A model generated the notes under the pieces. It searched no databases and was not told the origin of the DNA. It worked only from the letters and a program-made list of their open reading frames with translations. Made by a program: the position numbers and the translations under genes. A stretch of DNA of 64,000 bases from Basidiobolus meristosporus CBS 931.73 (Eukaryota > Fungi > Basidiobolomycota), in the NCBI GenBank assembly GCA_002104905.1, contig MCFE01000176.1:78724-142723 (forward strand), given 5' to 3'. Of this stretch, positions 13,901-25,676 are shown piece by piece (positions within the stretch are counted from its first letter, which is position 1; each line of letters begins with the position of its first letter).

Positions 13901-14787
13901 CTTGATTATCTTGAAATAAAGTAACAGGCATTTTTGACCTAAGCCTAAATCTTTAAAAAGCTTCCTTTACCACATTGCTTCCTTTGTAGGTTCACAGGCT
14001 GCTGTCTACTCTGCCTCTGTGGTAGAAAGTGCTATGGTTGGTTGCTTTCTTGAATTCCATGAAATAGCTCCTTTACAGTAAAGAAATATGTATCCTCTGG
14101 TGGATCTTCTGGCATCCAAACTTTGTCCCTAATCAGCATCAGAATATCCCATAAGATTCTGTTCTGATTTCTTATAAGTGTATCTTCAGCAGATGTAAGT
14201 AGTTTCTTTTAGGTATCAAAAAATTGGCTTCACTGCTGCAATATGGACAGATCCATAATTCTGATTACTCTGGCTGAAAACTCTCACTGAATATGAGATA
14301 TCTGGATGTGTTCCAAGCATGATATATATCAGACTGCCAACCTAGATTGATAAGAAAAGTCAGTGCTTTCAGATAGCACCAAGCTCACCTGATTTGATTG
14401 AGTTTTAACCAAGTTAAGGTTTTCTTCAATGAGGTAGCTGCTGTTGTGCATCAACATTTAAAACTTAGCATATTTTACTCCATTGGAATACCTAATACCC
14501 TAACTGATTTTCCCTAACCTAAACATAGCTAATCTCAGTTATGGTTTATTTTATCACTTCTCAGAATATACTTTTAGCTGCAGCACCTGATCAATTTTCA
14601 TGTGGTCTTTACTCCCACAACCAATCTGCTAAGCCTTTCCAAGTGATTAGTCATCTGATATCTATCCAACCATTCAGCAATTGCCAAGACATCAGCTGAT
14701 TAATGATGCTAATCTTCATTTATCTCATGCACCCATCAACACCCCAACAGATTTCAATTAGTCCAGTCTCTTGGCACTTACTAATTA

Positions 14788-15519
14788 GACTTGTTCTGTT
14801 GGATAGGGCCACATTGAGCCATGAGTGCCAAATAGTGCCATTGCATGACAGAGAGGCATAGCAGACCTAAACTTGGCCTCAGAGTGTGAAACATAGCTCT
14901 GCATTTTCATGCAGAACAGTCCCTGTGTTTCACCCATTGTGTTGGAGAAAATCCATTTTTTGACCTTTTTTTTTGGATAAATGTTGTGCATGATGTGTAA
15001 GAGCATAGAAGAATAGATGACATGCACCTGGTATTCAATACCCATGGCACTCTGAATCTAGCTCCTGTAGCTTGTATCATGTCACAAAAATGAATGGCAC
15101 TATCTTGGTCCACTAGTACTATCTGGCACTATAAGTGTTTTGTATATGTCTTACTTTAGGGCTAATATTTAAATATAGTGCCAGATAGTACCAGTGGACC
15201 AAGATAGTGCCATTCATTTTTGTGGCATGATACAAGCTACAGGAGCTAGATTCAAAGTGTCATGGGTATTGAGTACCAGATGTATGTCTTCAGTCCATCT
15301 GTCCTCTTACACATCCTGCACAACACTGATCTAAAAAAAAAGGTCAAAAAATGGATTTTCTCCAACACAATGGGTGAAACACAGGGGCTGCTTTGCATGA
15401 AGATGAAGAGCTATATTTCACACTCTGTAGCCAAGTTTAGGCTCACTTGGCCTCCCTGGCATACTATGGCATCATTTGGCACTCATGGCTCAATGTGGCA
15501 CTATCCAACAGAACAAGTC
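14788..15519. mobile_element. Palindromic foldback element, copy 2
   Basis: GACTTGTTCTGTTG...CAACAGAACAAGTC; TA on both flanks; same spacer family as copy 1. Confidence 0.9.
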
Positions 15520-16125
15520 TATTCTACTCAATCTGAAAGGTATAAATAAAGTTTACTGAACCTTTTGGTTCAGTGTGTGTCTAACTCAAATTAAGATTGT
15601 GTCTCTGCAAAATTAAGAATTCAACAATTCTGTCCTGGTTTCTGCCCAAGCCTAGCATATCTAGCACTCCCAAGAGTACCAAGCCTAGCCTGCATGGCAA
15701 ACCAACTCTGTTACCTTTATAGCCCAACTCAGCTATATACAAAACCAATATTAAACCAGAACCTCTCTGCTAATACTTCTGTTGCTCTTGACAATTTTGA
15801 TAATCTGCACTTAGTTGTCACTTAGGTTCAGTTAACTCCTTCAAGAGTTTTATTACACTTTTCTCTTGGATACAACAGCTGCTGATTTACAGTCTTCCAC
15901 TTGGTACTTTTTAGTATATCTTGAACATACTTGGATTAGCTTAGGGTGATTATCTTGGTACTTCTGTCTATGAAGAAGATCATCCCTAAGTAGTAACTGA
16001 GTTCTCCTAGATCAAACATCTTGAACTCTGTTGATAGGCTGGACTTGGTCTCTTCCAATGACTTGAGGTTATTGGTGGCTATAATAGGATCATCTACATA
16101 TAGAGCTTATAGAACTGGATTTGCT

Positions 16126-16423
16126 AAACAAGGATTCTCAGACATGCATCAGGTACTCAATACCCATGGCACTCTGAATCTAGCTCCTGTGGCTTGTAAC
16201 ATGCCACAAAATTCAATGCACTATCTTGGTCCACTGGTCCTATCTGGCACTATATTTAATTATTAGCCCTAGAGTAAGATCAATACAATGCACTTATAGT
16301 GCCAGATAGGACCAGTGGACCAAGATAGTGCATTGAATTTTGTGGCATGTTACAAGCCACAGGAGCTAGATTCAGAGTGCCATGGGTATTGAGTACATGA
16401 TGCATGTCTGAAAATCCTTGTTT
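16126..16423. mobile_element. Palindromic foldback element, short copy 3
   Basis: About 130-bp near-perfect inverted arms around the same type of spacer; sits at the junction where copia gag abuts RT. Confidence 0.85.
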
Positions 16424-16751
16424 GGGATCATTTTTAGTGCAGATATGAATAGTATATCTTCAGTTGTTGCAGCATTTCCATGTTCATGCTTTTCTGCTGG
16501 CTATCTCTCTTTTTCAGGCACTAGTCTGATATGTGTCCTTTCCTTTTGCAGTAGTTGCAAAACTAATTGCTATTGCCTTTGAAAGGTCTTTGGTGTCTCC
16601 ATTGTTGGTTATGATTGCTTATTAAAGCATTTTCTTCTACCTTCTTATTGGTGCTGGATTTTCTTATTTCTTCATCTAGGAGCCTTCCAATATGCAATTT
16701 AAGGTCAAATCTTCAGTTCTTGACTCTAGGGCTGATACAAGGCCCTGAAAC

Positions 16752-17101
16752 TGCTGTAAGAGTCTTGGAGATATTGGAAGTGCTTGGGAGAACAAGTAGA
16801 TCATGTGGTTTTCCCTTAATTATTTATTGAATGTAAAAGTAGTATTTATACTTTTACATGGTCTTGGCATTACAAACACATAGAATAGGCTAAGGAAGGT
16901 CCAAAAAACATGTGTGCAAAGTTTGGAGCTGTTTGGACAACTTTGAAAATTTTCATGTTCAAGGTACCTGGTATTTTGGTGAAAATGTTCCAAGTAAATC
17001 CCAACAAGCAATTTGGTCAGTATTCTCTAGGATTCAAAGGTAATGATCTAAGAGACTAAGCTGGGTGATTATTTTGGTGGAATTATAAATTTTTTACAAC
17101 A
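16752..17101 (-). mobile_element. Solo copia LTR-A inserted into gag of its own family
   Basis: LTR-A homology. Gag reads ILNSLTEK|FQGLVSALESR across it. TSD is GTTTC, with one copy one T short. Confidence 0.8.
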
Positions 17102-18299
17102 GAACTTTTCTGTCAGACTATTCAGAATGGTTACTATCACATCCTCATTGGTAGTTGGTACACCCCCAGATCCCATCTCATGCACCTGCAGGGTAATTCT
17201 GTCAGTTAGATTTTTCATTTCTTCTCCTGGCAGTATCTTTGTAGCAAAGAATGCTCATCTCAGATACATTTTCTTGGCAGCTGAACATGAGTGGTAAATA
17301 TCTTCTAATGCCTTCCAGGCATTCTTTTTGTTATTGCTGCTGAGCATTGAATTGGAAATTTTTCCTTGACCTTATGGCAAATACAGTTAAAGGCACTTTG
17401 TTCTTTCTTCTGGTACCTTAAGGCTTCCTCTCCCATGTTTTTAGGAGGGCATTCTTCTCCCATGACAATATCCCAAAGGCCTCTTTCTTGCAGCAGCATC
17501 TTTATCTTCACCTTCCACACTTGGTAGTTAGATCCATCCAACTTTTCAGCAGAGGGAAAAGTTCCAGTAATAGTAGTAGTAGACATTGCATAGAGTGACA
17601 GCTTGGGGCTCATAACCTGCTGTAAGAGTCTTGGAGATATTGGAAGTGATTTGGAGAATAAGTAGATCATATGGTTTTTCACTTAATGATTTATTGAATG
17701 TGAAAGTAGTATTTATACTTTTACCTGGTCTTGGCATTACAAACATTTAGAATAGGTTAAGGAAGGTCCCAAGATCTTGTGTGCAAGGTTTGGGGCTGTT
17801 TGGACAACTTTGAGAATTTTCATGTTCTGGGTACCTGGTATTTTGGTGAAAATATTCTAAGTAAATGCCAACAAGGATTTTGGTCAGTATACTCTACAAT
17901 CTGAAGGTAATGATTCAAGTGACCAAGTTAGGTGACTATTTAGGTGGAATTGCAAATCTTTACAACAGAAGTGAGTCAAACCAAAGAGGACAAAGTATTT
18001 TATATACATGTGTATGTGGTGCCATAATTTTATCTATATTGCTTACTATGGTAGGTCATCATTGAATCTTACATTCATGTAGGTGCAATGTCTAAAATAC
18101 AGGGCTGTCTTAAATTCAAATGAGTATAGACAAAAAGTGATATAATATTGTTACATTGCTGAGTATTAGACTGTTTGCCCCAGAGAGAAGACTACTTTGA
18201 TCCCACACTGTAAGAGAAGCAAAAAAAGACCATGTAGCTATTGTAACAAGTCTCTCAGCCATGAAGCACACTGACAGGATAGGAAGAATTATAAGAATT

Positions 18300-19070
18300 A
18301 TGGACAGTATTTTCCCACTCAAGTCATATCTACTATTCATCAGTCACTATTGTCCAACAATATCTTGCTGGCAACTTGGTACTTCTATAATGGCACCTAG
18401 CTGTACTTGTTACCTTGGGCAAACTGTGTCAGGTGAGTTTGTGATGCCTTTAGGCTCACCTTGGCCTTCTGAATATGACATGCAGAGTGATTGCTCCAAA
18501 GAAGAAGGCCTACTAATGGACTGTTGGCCTATCTCCCCTAACAAGATACCCTGCACAAGCCCACCAGGGTCCCAATATGCACAAAGACATCACCTATAGA
18601 AAAAATGCCAAGGATACTTTATGGAGCCTGGTATGCCCAGTAATCCATATATTGGTGAATGATAAGATGTTGTGGCAAGAGAAGTGGCATATTTTCACAA
18701 ATATTAGGAATGGGGGCTTATATGACTTACCACTACTTATTGGCAAAATCATTCCAAAATGCAACTAAACATATACATGGTACACATGGACAACTGCTAC
18801 ACAGCTGGCAACATAGAACCCATAGACCATCCTGATACCAGCATGTGTCTACAGTTGCATGGCATTCACATCAGAAAATGCCACCATTGCAAGTTGTCCA
18901 ACTTGTCAGGAATCCACCACCATTGGGGGAAAATATTGCTCACATTACAGATATATTCTGGTAATACCATCACTAAAGAAGCTTATGCAGTCCAACAAAT
19001 ATTGCAAAGTTATAAAGTACTGCACTTAGTATCAATCAGGCATAAATATTTCCAATATATTCTTGTGAAG
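18300..19070 (+). mobile_element. Second CACTA transposase relic
   Basis: Homologous to 1-400; reads IPACVYSCMAFTSENATIASCPTCQE..RYILVIPSLKKL. Confidence 0.55.
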
Positions 19071-20099
19071 GTGGTGGCATAGATTGGACTGAGGTGCACC
19101 AGTGGCCTAACATTGCAGGGGATGGTAAGGAATCCAGTGTGGTGTGCTGGCACAATGCAGATGCGGTTACTTGTGGTCTGTATTCTTCCTCTTGATGCTC
19201 ACCTTTGGATTCCTCAAGGTACTCACTAACACTCTGCCTGATACTCTGGAACTACTGCATTGATGAGTCCTATGTATTTTGCTCTTGGAAGCCACTTAGG
19301 GTACTAATATATTACATAGTCATTAGCAATTTGAGGCAAAAACATATTCAAAATCTCTTTGGTTGCCAAAGTTGAGGCACAAATGGATGCATTCAGCCAG
19401 TACCGTGCAAATTCAGTGCAGAATTGTTTGTGTGCAGCTTCCTCATCCAATCCCCTCACTCTCAGCACATTCTTGATTTCAATACTATTATTATGTATCT
19501 TCTGACATACATCTGCTGGCATCTTGATATAGAACTTATGCCACAGCTTTCTACTCCATTTCTTCCATTTCAGTCAACTCTCTGAGGTATCCAGTTCTGC
19601 TAGATTAATGAGTAGTGCCCAAACATATGTATGAAGGCTCATCATAGACACTTGGTTCATACTGAAAGCATTTGGCAAGAACTCAAATGGATCCAACATT
19701 GACTTTTCTGGTCCAGACTGCACTTGTGAGCAGTGGGATGGCTTTTGTCTGGGTTGTACCATAGATGAGCTGAGACTTGGTACAGGGACCATAGTGACAT
19801 ATTTAGATACTTATATAGTAGTATGTTGGCATCAACCTGGTCATATATGAAATTATAAGAAAACTAATGTGACTGTTGAATTCTCCATATTTCATGCATA
19901 ATGCAGCTTGGATTGCATTGGCATGGATCAGATCACAGCAATTGCATATTTCCAATTTGATTATAAACTTGTGGGTGAATCTTCATGAAAGTCACCAAGT
20001 CATTGTTTGAAGATGATTTTTGCAACATAATCATGGGATACATGGCAATTGATGGAGATTTAATCATAATGCATGGAAAATCAGATTAATCATGCTGAT

Positions 20100-21560
20100 C
20101 ATGCCAATTCAATTCATATCATCTCTACCCAATCTCATCAATTTTAATATGACTTACTCATCTGAATGGTCTTTTCTCATCAATCCCATCACTACCACTG
20201 GATTTCCTTTTGACACATTGGAGGAGACCTATACCAAGTACTGTGGACCATCTACCCTGATCAACTCAAGGAGATCCCTTGTTAAGCTTCTCTGATATTA
20301 CAAGAACTATTGCCCTACAAGGTTTCAACCCACCATCTATGGCAACAGAAGTACTTGAAGCCTTCATTCCCAGCTGACAGCAATGGAGAACTACCTTGCG
20401 GAGGGTATAAATGTTTTGCTGCTAAGCTGCTGTTCCTGTGGCTTGAGGCATATATTGAAGTCATCTTTTGCTGGGAGGCTTTACTACTGGCAATGATAGC
20501 AGGGTAGACTATATTGGTAAGGCACACAGGTTGGTTCCTTAGCATGTCTGTCTTCAAATTGGCTAACTCTGTATTCTGGTAGTATGTAAACTTGTTGAAT
20601 CTTCACTCAAACATCCAAGAAAATTGCATTGATCCATGTAGAGCAGCAATCTTGGTGTTAATAGCACACTGTATAGTAAGAATGTACTTGACCCAATCCT
20701 TTGTGATACCTTTTATCAGTTTCCTGATAATGCTCACTCAGGTTAGAACATGTCTTTCAGCAAGTCCATGGCATTGGGATGATATGGAGTAATTAGATGG
20801 TGATCAATGTCACTATTCTGGCAATGGGATTTGATCACAAAACTCACAAGTTATGTTCCATTACCTGATTGAAGGATCTTGGGGAACCCAAAGAGGCAGA
20901 AGTGCGTTGAAGATTGCTTGTGCAATAGTGGCATCATACTTGTATGGGATAGCTTTGAGGATAACAAGGCATGAGCAGACATCCATAATCACAAAGAGGT
21001 AGTGATTGCCATCATCACTAGTGGTGAAAGGTCCAGCTAGATCAATGGCAATATGATCCATAGGAAGGCCTACATGGATAGGACTCATAGAGTGAAATCC
21101 ATGGCAGCTGATATTGTAAAGCTGACATTCTCTGCAAGACTTGATCAACTGTAGGCAGTTAGCTTTGATATTTGGCCAGTGATATCTATCAGAGTGTAGC
21201 TTCTTCATAAGGGTGTCAGCTCCAAAGTGGCCAAGTAAATGACTCCACTGCATCAATGTTGTCCTTTCATCTGCAGGGGGAACTTTCCAAGTTACTGAGT
21301 CCAATAGAGGATTATTTTGAAGTTGTAGTGTGTTCACTGATTATGTCAGTAATCACATGTCCCTCCCAAGGTGAAATTGGAAAATGTCTTTCAAGGTGGT
21401 CAGGCAGAATCTTGGGAATTCCTGGGCAATGAGCAACTTTATGTTCATAATCAAGTAGGGTATCAAGCCAGTTGTTGAGCATTAGAGTCAGAGTATTTTG
21501 AACCTGGATATAGACAAGGTCTTGGTGGTAAGTGTACAAGGTAAAAGGGTAACCCATAGA
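20100..21560 (-). mobile_element. Ty3/gypsy integrase relic (different family)
   Basis: ORF 20861-21337: HLLGHFG...YHWPNI...CRECQ zinc finger plus IAIDLAGP core; ITPYHP motif downstream; frameshifted. Confidence 0.75.
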
Positions 21561-22353
21561 TACTGATGAAATGTCTTCAAGGCAAAGACTATAGCAAGTG
21601 GAATTACAAATTATTACAACAAGTATATGGGTGGAGGTACAAAGGTGATAGCAGTAGGGTCTATGTGAGTTTTATCAATTGTTAATCTAAGCACAGTAGT
21701 AGATAGTATCTGATGAACTTGTAGTATATCATGCTATACTGAGCCATTGAAACTATAGTAAGAATACATGGCCCAGGTTTTGAGGACATCTGGCTTCAAG
21801 TGTAGCCAAAGCACCTAGCATGCAGACTTCAGTGATTTCATGCATAGAATGTAATGCAGGGATAACCAATACTCTATGTATAATATGACACAAAGCAATG
21901 TAGTTACCAACATCCAAGTATAACTACAGTCATGAAGGAAATAGACCAATTTATATACAGCAGTGAATGTGTATATTGCGAGTCTAAACACTACCATCAT
22001 AGCAGATGTTGTTTTCATGATTTGGCTTCATTCTGACCACCCCCCAACATCTGGCAACGACATAGATTGGATGAGATTTCCCATAGGATACCACAAGGAT
22101 TTTGACTGGTGGTGAATTGACAGGAATGTCCCCTTTCCATTAAGCTCAGGTCAGGACTTTGCCCGGTCCTTGGTTGGGCATTTAGATCACCACCCACCAA
22201 CACTTAGCCCCTGTCACGACATTAAGGAAACAACACTATCGCGAGGATCGATCGGCCAGATACTGGCAAGCATTGGACCTGACCCGAGTTACTGTCCAAC
22301 CCTTTTATATGGCCCACAGGTGGCCAAGATGATTGATGATCATGCATCACCAG

Positions 22354-22786
22354 TTATCAGATGAACCTAAACGGCATTTGGATTCGTGGTACGGCTAAGA
22401 AAATTTTTCACCCAAAATCCCCGAAACCTTCCAACACCGCGTCCATATACACACGAAACTATCAGATCTCTCCACGCCCCTCACACACACTCTCTCTCCC
22501 CCCCCATCCGTTTTGTACCACCGATGGGTGACTGATCCGTTGGGTGTGCGTGAGAATTCGGCCGGATCCGAAGTCCACTTGGGAAGGGAGTCGCCACATC
22601 GAAGAAAAATGCCAAATGCGATAGGGTGGGCTGGTTGGGGGGAGGAGATAATCAGTCGGGTTACACCGACGAGCCAGTGTCCCGCGTTGGTCATGGTTTA
22701 TCTGATTCTCGAGCGAAAATCCGACTTGGTCTAGTCCCTGGTCGACCGGAGGGTATAAATAGCCGGGGAGGTCCGACTATCTGATC
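22354..22786. promoter_or_regulatory. ATCWGATAA GATA elements and TATA box upstream of the GPI-protein gene
   Basis: TTATCAGAT 22354-22362 and TTATCTGAT 22698-22706 are exact reverse complements of ATCWGATAA; near matches at ~22462 and ~22778; TATAAATA at 22754. Confidence 0.5.
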
Positions 22787-22840
22787 CTCACACCACTGGT
22801 ATCCTTCGCCATCCACACCGTCTACATCCCCAGCATCAAC

Positions 22841-23449
22841 ATGCGTTTCACTTCCGCTTTGTTCCTTGCCGTCGCCGCGGTCTCCGCACAAACTTCGGAG
22901 TTCAACGTTCCCAGCCCCAGTGAATGCATCAGCTCCTGCAACCAGCAAGGCTCCGCTGGCCTCATCGAGGGCTTCTCCGCCGACCCCAAGAGTCCCAACT
23001 TCGTGGCCTCTTTGGGTTTGTTGTGTGAGAAGGGGCCCAACTACGGCAAGTTCATGGCGGTTGCTGGTATGTGCATGACCAAGTGCGCTAAGGAGGAGCA
23101 AGATGCTTTCATGACATACCACACCAGCGCCTGCGCTTGGTACCAAGCTAACAAGGATGCCGCCCCCACTTCCAGTGTCGATGCTTCCGTCACCCCCACC
23201 GGTGCTTCTTCATCCGCCTCCAGCGCTGCCCCATCTGTCTCCCCCTCCGCATCCGCTTCCTCTCAACCTGCAGGTACCACTGGTGCCTCCAGCCCAACCC
23301 AAAAGCCAACCGGATCCTCCAGTGAGGCCTTGAATCCCTCCAGCGCTGCCACCCAAACCCCCAAGCCCACCTCCGGCGCCAACGAACTGAAGCAAGGAGC
23401 CATGGCCCTTCTCGGTGGAGCGGCCGTCGCCCTGTTCGCTTTCTTCTAA
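22841..23449 (+). CDS. Secreted, probably GPI-anchored cell-surface protein (6-Cys N-domain, Ser/Thr/Pro stalk)
   Basis: Intact 202-aa ORF; signal peptide MRFTSALFLAVAAVSA; six Cys; S/T/A/P-rich linker; C-terminal SG-spacer-hydrophobic tail. Confidence 0.85.
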   Translation: MRFTSALFLAVAAVSAQTSEFNVPSPSECISSCNQQGSAGLIEGFSADPKSPNFVASLGLLCEKGPNYGKFMAVAGMCMTKCAKEEQDAFMTYHTSACAWYQANKDAAPTSSVDASVTPTGASSSASSAAPSVSPSASASSQPAGTTGASSPTQKPTGSSSEALNPSSAATQTPKPTSGANELKQGAMALLGGAAVALFAFF

Positions 23450-23822
23450 ACCCTCACCCCATCCCTCACCTTACATCCCATTAATACAAGCGTACCCATG
23501 CATTAATCCTGATCCCACTCAATCATGAATAAAGTATTTGCCCTCGATGCACGAACCAAATTTCCGTCCGTCTTCGAACGAACTCTATTTCCAAGCCCTC
23601 CACCTGGCCAATCCGGTGGGGCGGATCTCGTGGCCAATGACAACCCGAGCGCCTACACATGTTTGGATCGCCCTGTGCTAGGAGGTGGTGGTGAAATGGG
23701 ATGCGGTTGGTGTGATTGGGTTCGGGGGAGGGGGACGACCGGGGGAGGATTCGAAGCACAACATGGGTTAATTTAATGGCGGCGAGTTTATTGAATCTCC
23801 TTGGGACATGGGGGGGAGACAT

Positions 23823-24458
23823 CTATTCGAACCGGGATCTCAACCCGAATCGGATCTGGTCGCGTACGTGGTTCAGGAAGGATCCCTGAGCGACGGAGGG
23901 GTCGGTGCGGTGGTAGACCTCCGGGCTGATGGGGCCGATGTAGTGGAACCCGCCGAACCCACCGATCCAGTAGATACGATCCACGTGGAGTCGGTAGAAC
24001 CGGAAGTCGTGTCCGCGCGGCCACCTTCTGGCCTCGGGGTGTTTGTTGTAGAAGCATTCGCGGAGTTCTTGGGATCTACGGTTGAGCTCCTCCGCAGGGA
24101 TGGGTCGTATCTCACCCATCAAGGTGAAGCGCGCGTGGGGCATGGGGGACTGGCTGGTGGAGTTCAGCTGGGTTTGAATGGCCAGCGCAGCCCGTGGACT
24201 CTGGTGGAAGTTCCTCACGGTGACTTGCATTGAGGAGAGGTACAACACGGGATCCCCGTTGCTGGGGCAATCGTCCGCGAAGTAGTCCACTGATCCGAAG
24301 GGCTGTCCGTCTGGGTAGGTGGTGATCAGGGTGCCCATCCCGTAAGAATGTACCATCTGGCGAGCCAGCACCGCCGCCTCCTCCTCGGTTTTCTCTCCGG
24401 CGGCCAGGCTGCTGATTAGGGCAAGAAAGTAGATTCCAAGTGACAGGAGACGCATCAT
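23823..24458 (-). CDS. CREG1: CREG-like secreted protein (FMN-binding split-barrel / PNPOx-like)
   Basis: Signal peptide; ARQMV...GTLIT...PFGSVDYFAD...GDPVLYLS; HPEARRW..GHDFRFYRL....YWIGGFGG. Confidence 0.9.
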   Translation of the reverse strand: MMRLLSLGIYFLALISSLAAGEKTEEEAAVLARQMVHSYGMGTLITTYPDGQPFGSVDYFADDCPSNGDPVLYLSSMQVTVRNFHQSPRAALAIQTQLNSTSQSPMPHARFTLMGEIRPIPAEELNRRSQELRECFYNKHPEARRWPRGHDFRFYRLHVDRIYWIGGFGGFHYIGPISPEVYHRTDPSVAQGSFLNHVRDQIRFGLRSRFE

Positions 24459-24488
24459 CTTGGCCTTCCCTCCTACTTCGTCCCCTCC

Positions 24489-24605
24489 TTTATACTTGGC
24501 TGGATGGTAGGTAACGTGATCGCTGATCAGATAATTCCCATGATTTCTTCCCTCACAAAACAGCCATTGGTTTCATCTGATAAGCTCGCCTAATTATCAG
24601 ATGAA
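24489..24605. promoter_or_regulatory. TATA box plus three ATCWGATAA elements (two forming a 12-bp inverted repeat) upstream of CREG
   Basis: TATAAA on the minus strand at ~24489-24494; ATCAGATAA 24526-24534; TTCATCTGATAA 24572-24583 / TTATCAGATGAA 24594-24605. Confidence 0.6.
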
Positions 24606-24929
24606 CCCCATCATTAAATATCAAAAAGGAACCTGGCGTATGAGCAGGTGGAACATTGTGCTATACGGATCCCACCCTCAATCAGTCGATTTCATTTCCG
24701 ACTTAACCAACAACCAGAAAGTTGACTAAGATCCAGGATACAGGCTGGGGAGTGGAAGATGAAGATCCATCTACGGCCGAAAAATAAATCATGGGATTCC
24801 CCCGATCCCGATCCACGCTGATCCGGGGGGGGAAGCGGATTCCCTTAGAAAAAGAAAAAAACCTCTCGGGCGGGGCGGGTTTTCGGTGGGTATATTCCAG
24901 CAAGAGCACCTCTACCTCACCGTGAAAAC

Positions 24930-25431
24930 ATGAGCCGCAAGAAGGTGACCCAAGATTTCTTCTCCTCCTGCCCGGAGCCGACGGAAAACCAGATATTCGC
25001 CAGGGTGGTGGGCCCGAGAGGGAAGAATTTACACGAGGTGGAGCTGACCGATGGTCAGGTGGTGTTGGTGTCCCTCCCCTCCAGGTATCGAAACCTGGTC
25101 TACGTCAAGAGGGGACACTATGTCATCGTGGAGCCCATCAAGAACAACGACACGAAGATCTTCGCCGATATCGTATACGTGCTGTTCCCCAACCACGTCA
25201 AAGATTTGCAGACCAAGGGGCTGTTCCCCGCGGAGTTTTCTTGGTAGGTTCCAAGTGGTTGTGCATACTCTGACCACCCCACCGTACTAATCCCCCTCCC
25301 TTGATTCCCCTTGCAGCGAGAAAGAGGACTCCTCCTCGGACGACGACGACCTACTATTCCACAACCCCAACCACACGGTAGCGACCGACTCTAGCGACGA
25401 CTCGGAAGGGGAGTCGGACGAGGAAGACTGA
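24930..25431 (+). CDS. EIF1AD: eIF1A-domain RNA-binding protein
   Basis: OB-fold motif ARVVGPRGKNLHEV..VSLPSRYRNLVYVKRG. Intron 25244-25316 joins an acidic exon 2 (DDDDLLFHNPN) ending TGA at 25431. Confidence 0.9.
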
Positions 25432-25676
25432 GGCCCAGGAAAACCGGCTTTTCTCTTACCCAACCGATATACAATTTAATCCCATACATAATGTTGAATA
25501 TAGCCAAAGCCCGTTGAATAAATCCATTTTGTAGAGTACGCGCTTCGGTCATGGGGGTGGATTTATTTTCTGGTGAGGTTAGGGGTACTGATGGTTCCGT
25601 GGTATTTACAAAGCAATTTGTCGACCACCTGGGGAGTGGCATGGCTCTCTCGAGGCTGTGGTGGTGAGGAGAAGGA

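Larger units (their letters stand above)
13160..17967 (-). mobile_element. Decayed, internally deleted Ty1/copia element (family A) with nested insertions
   Basis: 5' LTR 17967-17618 (TGTTGT...CA), PBS GGTTATGAGCCCC (17617-17605), gag KLDGSNYQVWKVKIKMLLQERGLW, gag knuckle CNYCKRKGH (~16560), RT LYVDD (~16100), RT end/RNase H homologous to 62045-62824. Confidence 0.8.

Noticed and set aside
19070-19800. Degenerate coding-like sequence (ORFs 19304-19522, 19574-19792)
   Set aside because: CpG-depleted relic with no motif I can recognise; left unclassified.
22020-22340. Possible LTR/PBS of the gypsy integrase relic (TGTCACGAC at 22212; TGGCAACGAC at ~22051)
   Set aside because: Orientation is inconsistent with the minus-strand integrase, and there is no second LTR or TSD.
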